In this document: positions 59,201 to 64,000 of the stretch, piece by piece | How positions within the stretch are numbered: position 1 is the stretch's first letter | Layout: every line of letters begins with the position of its first letter | Origin: Sandaracinaceae bacterium | GTDB lineage: Bacteria > Myxococcota_A > Polyangia > Polyangiales > JAFGIB01 | Direction: 5' to 3' | DNA: 64,000 bases | Assembly (NCBI GenBank): GCA_017881055.1 | Contig: JADGRF010000013.1 | Coordinates: 75,201 to 139,200, forward strand | Notes under the pieces: model-generated | Databases searched by the model: none | What the model was told of the DNA's origin: nothing | What the model saw: only the letters and a program-made list of their open reading frames with translations | Translations under genes and position numbers: made by a program

Positions 59201-62200
59201 AACAGCCCGTCGACCGATCAGCGCGTCGAGCTGCTGCACCGCATGGCGGAGCTGTACGAGATCGCGCTCGACGACGCAGGCGGTGCGTTCAAGACGTTCG
59301 CGCGCGCGCTCGCTGAGGATCCTACCAATCCCACCACGCGTGATCAGCTCGATCGCCTAGGCATCAGCGCTGGCTCGCACGAAGCGCTGGCGCAGGTTTA
59401 CGAAGCGCAGGTGCAGGGCGCGACGGATCCCGCCGTGCTGGTCTCGTTGCACAGCAAAGCGGCTCAGATCCGTGAAGAGTCGCTCGGCGATGCCAATGGT
59501 GCGATCGGTCATTACCGGCGCGTGCTGGAGGTCGACGCGGCGAACCTCGATGCGGCGAGCGCGCTCGAACGCCTCTACCAGATGGCGGAGCGCTACGACG
59601 ACTTGGCGTTGATCTACCTCACGAAGTCGGCGCTGCTGACGGCGTCCGATGAGCGGAAGGACTATCTGTTCCGCGCCGGTGCGATCTACGAAGAAGTGCT
59701 GGAGCTTCCCGACGCAGCGATCGAAGTGTATCGGCGCGTGCTCGAGATCGAGGAGGATGATCTCCGCGCTCTCGACAAGCTGATCCAGCTGCACCTCAAG
59801 CTCTCGCAGTGGGAGAAGCTGCTCGGCGTGTATGGCCAGAAGGCCGACGTCGTTTCGGATCCCGATGAAAAGAAGGCGCTCTACCTGCAGATCGGTGGCG
59901 TCTACGAGCGCGAGCTGAAGCAGACCGAGAAGGCGATCGAGACGTATCAACGCGTGGTCGAGCTCGACCCCGACGACATAGCGGCGCTCGGACGCTTGGA
60001 TGCGTTGTTCCTCGCCAGTGATCGCTCCGAAGATTTGCTTTCGATCTTGGAGCGTGAAGCAGAGCTCGTGAGCGAGCCGCTGCAGGCGATCGACTTCCGC
60101 TATCGCATCGGTGAGCTGCACGAGCGTAAGCTGAACGACGCGTTCCGTGCCGTGGATGTGTACCGCGAGATCCTCGACGTAGTGCCCGATCACGCGGCCA
60201 CGCTGGCTGCGCTCGAGCGCATGATCGACGAAGAGCGCGAGCCAGTGGCGGCTGCGTGGGTGCTGGAGCCGATCTACCGCGCGTCGGTCGATTCGGCGCG
60301 CTTGTCGCGTTCGCTCGAAGTGCTGATCACCCACGAGGAAGATCCGGTCCGCAAGGTCGAGCTGCTCCATCAGGTGGCCGAGATCTACGAGGTACACCTC
60401 GAAGAGGGGCGTAAGGCGTTCGGCGCGTTCGCGCGTGCGTTCCCGGTCGACAGTCAGAACGAGAACACGCTGGCTGCGCTCGAGCGCTTGGCTGAGCGGT
60501 TGAACGCGTGGGGTGACCTCGCGACGCTCTACGACAAAGAGATCACGAGGCTGCGCGCCGACTCGCCGGGCATGGCGATCGATCTGGCGCTACGGCTTGC
60601 ACAGATCTTCGAAGTGCAGCTCGGCGATGTCGATGCCGCGATTGCTCGCTATCGCATCGTGTTCGAGACCGATCCTGCGCACGCGCAGGCCGTCGAGGCG
60701 CTCGAGCGCTTATACGAGGCGAGCGAGCGTTGGGAGCCGTTGGCCGAGATCCTCGAGCGCAAGGTCGAGATTGCGGGCAGCCCGGACGAGCTTCTGGCGA
60801 TTCACTTCAAGCTCGGTCAGCTGCTCGAGCATCGGCTCGGCAAGGTCGAGAAAGCAGTCGATCGCTATCGCGAGATTCTCGCGGCCGCACCTGAGCACGA
60901 AGAGGCGCTGCGCGCGCTCGAAGGCTTGTTTGGGAAGGGCGTGTTGCCGACCGAGATCGGCGAGATCTTAGAGCCGCTCTATCGCATGCAGGAGGCCTGG
61001 GATCGCCTGGTCGGTGTGCACGAAGTCGAGCTGCGCTCGCTCGCCGACAATAAGCAACGCGTGCTGATGATGCACCGAATAGCGGAGATCGCGGAGGAGC
61101 GCGCGAACGATCACGCGCTGGCGTTCTCGTGGATTCAGAAGGCGTTGATGGAAGATGCGACCAGCGATCATTCCATCTCGGAAGCAGAGCGCCTCGCTCC
61201 CATCGTGTCAACTGGAACAGCCTCCGGCTCTCCAGACAACGGCTTCGCGGTGCTGGCGAACACGTACGCGGTGATCGCGGAACAGCATGCCGAGAAGGAC
61301 GTTCGCATCGCGATCGCCAAGCGCCTGGCGCGTGTGTATGGCGAAGAGCTGCAGGACGTGGCGCGCGCCGAAGAGGCGTATCGCTACGTGATCGCGATGG
61401 ATGATCGCGACGAGGACGTGCTGATCGCGCTCGACAACATCTACACGGATCACGGTGCCGGCGAGGCGCTGGCCGAGGTGCTGAAGAAGCGCGTCGCTGC
61501 GGCCTCGGACGCCCGTGAGAAGGTGGAGCTCAGCCACCGGCTGGGTAACGTGCTGTGGAACGAGTGTCGTCGCACGGACGAGGCGATCGAAGTCTATCGC
61601 CACGTGCTCGCGAAGCTCGACGCACAGCACGAGGACACGCTGCACGCGCTGCAGAACGTGTACACGGTCACGCAGCAGTGGCCGCAGCTGTTCGAGGTCT
61701 ACGAGAAGGAGCTCGATGTGGTCGTGGGTGACTCGGCGCAGGCCGAGATCCTGGGACGCATGGCGGTGCTCGCGGCCGGCAAGCTCAATAACTACGAGCG
61801 TGCCGTCGAGCTCCTGCGCAAGGTGCTCGACTTGCTCGGCGAAGATCACGAAGCGCTCAATGCGCTCGGCAACATCTACGCGCAGCAAGAGAACTGGACA
61901 GATCTCGTCGACGTGTTGGAACGCGAAGTCGCGGTCGCAGAGACCGACGAGATGCGCATCCAGATTTACGGCGACTTGGGCCGGATCTGGTACGAGAAGC
62001 TGCATCGTGATCGCAACGCGCTCGAGAGCTGGGAGCGCGTGCTCGACATCGATCCGAGCAACACGGATGCGTTGTTCGCGATCGCCGCGATCCATCGTGC
62101 CGCGGCCTCGTGGAACGACCTCGTGGACACGTTGCACAGGTTGGTCGACGTAGGCGCCGGTTCGATGTTTGTGGAGCAGCCTTCGGCTCTCCGCGGCGGG

Positions 62201-64000
62201 ACGCTAAAGGACGCGCAGATCGAAGGCGTCTACATGGAGCTCGGCGCGGTCTACAACCAGCTGCTGAAGCAGCCGATCGACGCAGTCGAGAGCTACAACA
62301 AGGCGCTCTCGCTCGCGCCCGCCAACTTTGGCGCGCTCGATGCGCTCGAGGCGATCCACGCCGGTCAAGAGCAGTGGGAAGACTGCATCGACGTGAAGCA
62401 GCGCCGCGTGCAGGTGATCGAGGACGCGCGGGAAAAGATCGCCGTGCTGCTCGATGTCGCGCGCATGTGGGACGAGAAGCTTGGCGAGCCCGACAAGGCC
62501 GTCGGCGCGATGAACCAGATTCTCGAGGTCGACCCGCTCCACAACTTGGCGTTCGAGCGCCTGGAGCAGCTGCATCGCGAGCACCAGCGCTTCGACGACT
62601 TGATCTCGCTGTATCTCACGCGCGTCGAAGCCGCGCCGGAACCGAGCCAGCGTATCCAGCTGCTGCGCAACGTCGCGCGCGTCTACGAAAAGGACGCCGA
62701 CGACAAGGCCCAGGCATTCGACGCGTTGTTGATCGCGTGGACGCAGGACTTCACCAACGAAGAGTCGGCACGCGAGGTCGAGCGCTTGGCGGGCCTCACG
62801 CAGCGTTGGAACGAGCTGCTCACCACCGCGAATCAGTCGCTGCAGGAAGTCGCCGAGGGCGACCTCGCGACGCGCAACGCGATCTGCCTGAAGTGCGCGC
62901 GTTGGTACGGCCGCGAAGGACACCCAGAGTACGCGATCCCGTACCTGCAGCAGGTGTTGGCCGTCGATGCTGTCAATCGGCCCGCGATGCGGCAGATGGC
63001 GGAGCTGTATCGCCAGACGCAGCAGTGGCAGATCTACTCGCAGGTGCTCGGCAAGCTCGTCGACATGACCGAAGACCCGGCGGAGCGCGCCGATGTCTAC
63101 GTGAACATGGGCGAGCTCCACGAGGAGAACTTCAAGCTCCCTGATCAGGCCATCAAGCACTACCGCGAAGCGCTCGAGGCGGTGCCTACGCACTTGGGTG
63201 CGATCAAGGCGCTCGAACGCATGTATCGCCAGCGCGAACAGTGGTTCGACCTGGTCGAGATCCTGAAGCGCAAGGTTGCAGCTGTCAACGACCCGGAGCA
63301 CGTGCTCGCGGCGAAGCTGGAGCTGGCCGAAGCGTACGAAGATCGCGTGGCCGACAAGAGCAAGGCCATCGAGCACTACAAGCGCGTGCTCGAGGACGAT
63401 GCGAGCAACCTGCAGGCGTTGAAGGGCCTGGAGCGGCTCTACGCGCAGCAGGAGCTGTGGCAGGACTTGCTCGATGTGCTCGAGAAGCAGCGCGACATCG
63501 TGCAGAACGATCGCGATCAGGTCGCGTTGCTCGTGCGCATCGCCGGCATGTGGGAGGAAGAATTCCTCAAGCCGGAGAAGTCGGCGGAGCGCCTCGAGCG
63601 CGTCGTCGAGATCGACCCGACGCACACCGAGGCGCTCACGAGCCTCGCGCGCATCTACCGGCAGCAGCGCAAGTGGCCGGAGCTGATCGGTGCGCTCGAG
63701 CGGCATATCGACGCCGCGCCCGACAAGACGGAGAAGGCGAACCTGTCCCGGCTGATCGGTGCGGTGTACCGCGACGAGCTGAGCGATACGGATCGCGCGG
63801 TAGAGAACTACCTCAACGTCACTTCGATCGATCCGCGAAACATCGAGGCGCTGCGCGCGCTCGGCCAGCTCTACGAGAAGCGCGAAGAGCACAGCATGGC
63901 GCTCGACGCCCTGGAGAAGCTTTCCGAGGTCGTGGACGACGCGACGGAGAAGGTCGCGTTGTTCTTCCGCATGGGCACGTTGCTCGACAAGGAATTGGGC
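56210..64000 (+). CDS. gltI: Giant TPR-repeat gliding protein, GltI (AgmK)-like; 3' end beyond the window (at least 2597 codons)
   Basis: AGGAGG RBS then GTG 56210; same frame confirmed by translation at 56942, 59042, 60002, 61142, 62102 and 63959; repeated (L/Y)ERL(Y)..W..L..L and A...Y..VL..DP....AL units; absent from the ORF track because it has no stop codon. Confidence 0.75.
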   Translation, partial: MSDNDGSVSSQAEEEVHNSGAQSAGNGAGATGNPGPAAVAGGVAEKRELTDADHKKVAELSDAIEKFTAQKRWSDVIKSTLQKAEIVVDPAQKVELFAEAGRMYIERSSNQAEAIKCFSRVLEIDRSNIEAITHLKDMYEKRRDWERLVDVMRAECDLLDASDQPARRLEIAQLANEKLRKPNVCIDLWKDVVAVDGENPEALNALSGLYERAREWAPLADVLDKQSQLAKSPADQVAILQKLGNVYSEKLQDDDGALGAYKRLLELDPNDRRAQEQLKKRWVATGAWDELEAFYEATDKLDELIRTLERAADATTAELAERIALHFRIARLWQEKKGAADRAARAYEKVLTLDASNLQAAEALSPIYEQAGDAKKLVSVCEVRRGHAEDPDARVVLLREIGLLYEEKLRNPQLAFDRFLEAFVVDPKQDVLRDDLERLAGKVNGWDRVFAAFDKAIEDAGHPDDANDLRLHYGRALASQGKGPEATKQFRAVYDDRADDAAAIAALEKLYREAGDFQNLLGVLLRRSELESDVETRKALAYGIAKLWHENLKNAEQAIEAYKNIPIEFGEGEVEAYRALDSLYEQEERFDDLTQTLEHRIDMGPSSDEELAGLKFRLAGALHLHLGDKARAIDLYREVLTLVPDHDGALGALESLLDDKELGGQAAGILVELYEGRSEWAKLVTALEVLLEFTSEVDQRIDLITKMGEVRAEQLGDGAGAFTAYCRAFEEAPDNLGIVARLEVLAKEQKRLGDMVRLVEARAAKIEDQALVRQLLIKAAGLYDNELGDVEAAVKAYMTALERDPGDEEILGALETLYRRTERWRDLLDVLRRRASITSNPAVQEQLLAQMAFIHDEMLSEPDAAIRIYAEILELDPASRTALTALDSLYERQKMWSELADNVNRQLSLAEGSEEQISLMLRLGLLRETRMNAPEAAIEIYREILERDPSHSEARGALERLIERPPYQVQIAEILEPLYRDANEYQKLIGIHDIQVKNSPSTDQRVELLHRMAELYEIALDDAGGAFKTFARALAEDPTNPTTRDQLDRLGISAGSHEALAQVYEAQVQGATDPAVLVSLHSKAAQIREESLGDANGAIGHYRRVLEVDAANLDAASALERLYQMAERYDDLALIYLTKSALLTASDERKDYLFRAGAIYEEVLELPDAAIEVYRRVLEIEEDDLRALDKLIQLHLKLSQWEKLLGVYGQKADVVSDPDEKKALYLQIGGVYERELKQTEKAIETYQRVVELDPDDIAALGRLDALFLASDRSEDLLSILEREAELVSEPLQAIDFRYRIGELHERKLNDAFRAVDVYREILDVVPDHAATLAALERMIDEEREPVAAAWVLEPIYRASVDSARLSRSLEVLITHEEDPVRKVELLHQVAEIYEVHLEEGRKAFGAFARAFPVDSQNENTLAALERLAERLNAWGDLATLYDKEITRLRADSPGMAIDLALRLAQIFEVQLGDVDAAIARYRIVFETDPAHAQAVEALERLYEASERWEPLAEILERKVEIAGSPDELLAIHFKLGQLLEHRLGKVEKAVDRYREILAAAPEHEEALRALEGLFGKGVLPTEIGEILEPLYRMQEAWDRLVGVHEVELRSLADNKQRVLMMHRIAEIAEERANDHALAFSWIQKALMEDATSDHSISEAERLAPIVSTGTASGSPDNGFAVLANTYAVIAEQHAEKDVRIAIAKRLARVYGEELQDVARAEEAYRYVIAMDDRDEDVLIALDNIYTDHGAGEALAEVLKKRVAAASDAREKVELSHRLGNVLWNECRRTDEAIEVYRHVLAKLDAQHEDTLHALQNVYTVTQQWPQLFEVYEKELDVVVGDSAQAEILGRMAVLAAGKLNNYERAVELLRKVLDLLGEDHEALNALGNIYAQQENWTDLVDVLEREVAVAETDEMRIQIYGDLGRIWYEKLHRDRNALESWERVLDIDPSNTDALFAIAAIHRAAASWNDLVDTLHRLVDVGAGSMFVEQPSALRGGTLKDAQIEGVYMELGAVYNQLLKQPIDAVESYNKALSLAPANFGALDALEAIHAGQEQWEDCIDVKQRRVQVIEDAREKIAVLLDVARMWDEKLGEPDKAVGAMNQILEVDPLHNLAFERLEQLHREHQRFDDLISLYLTRVEAAPEPSQRIQLLRNVARVYEKDADDKAQAFDALLIAWTQDFTNEESAREVERLAGLTQRWNELLTTANQSLQEVAEGDLATRNAICLKCARWYGREGHPEYAIPYLQQVLAVDAVNRPAMRQMAELYRQTQQWQIYSQVLGKLVDMTEDPAERADVYVNMGELHEENFKLPDQAIKHYREALEAVPTHLGAIKALERMYRQREQWFDLVEILKRKVAAVNDPEHVLAAKLELAEAYEDRVADKSKAIEHYKRVLEDDASNLQALKGLERLYAQQELWQDLLDVLEKQRDIVQNDRDQVALLVRIAGMWEEEFLKPEKSAERLERVVEIDPTHTEALTSLARIYRQQRKWPELIGALERHIDAAPDKTEKANLSRLIGAVYRDELSDTDRAVENYLNVTSIDPRNIEALRALGQLYEKREEHSMALDALEKLSEVVDDATEKVALFFRMGTLLDKELG
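61212..61235 (+). repeat. Palindromic element (family 1) in frame in gltI
   Basis: CTGGAA-C-AGCC-TCC-GGCT-CTCCAG; encodes TGTASGSP. Confidence 0.65.
62171..62194 (+). repeat. Palindromic element (family 1) in frame in gltI
   Basis: GTGGAG-C-AGCC-TTC-GGCT-CTCCGC; encodes VEQPSALR. Confidence 0.8.

Overview
High-GC window, most consistent with a myxobacterium (Myxococcota, probably Polyangia); the taxonomy is inferred from gene content. In order it holds: serA; a complete alternative complex III operon (actA-F); a UPF0104 membrane gene divergent from pgsA; an intact peptide ABC set (binding protein plus 2 permeases, no ATPase) followed by a second, decayed peptide ABC operon (2 large deletions, 3 frameshifts, 1 nonsense codon); a MerR-like regulator and a sigma-region-4-only protein; an HTTM gene pair; RNase P RNA; a putative outer-membrane barrel with a 13-heme cytochrome c and DsbA/TlpA genes; GAF and pseudo-receiver regulators; pdxA; ftsY; yraN; and a roughly 27 kb region carrying Glt adventurous-gliding genes (two OM barrels, cglC-like, gltC-D-E-F-G, a TPR gene and a giant gltI-like ORF that runs off the window end). 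No transposase, integrase or CRISPR array was found. The most striking unexplained signal is a family of short palindromic elements (core GAG-C-AGCC-NNN-GGCT-CTC, often preceded by ACATACCC). Copies occur between genes, in frame inside actB, gltC and gltI in all three forward frames, and in the P12 helix of RNase P RNA. A second, longer hairpin element (tip GGTCACGTAC-RGGAA-GTACG, two copies with different stems) lies next to genes with mirror-image codon skews.
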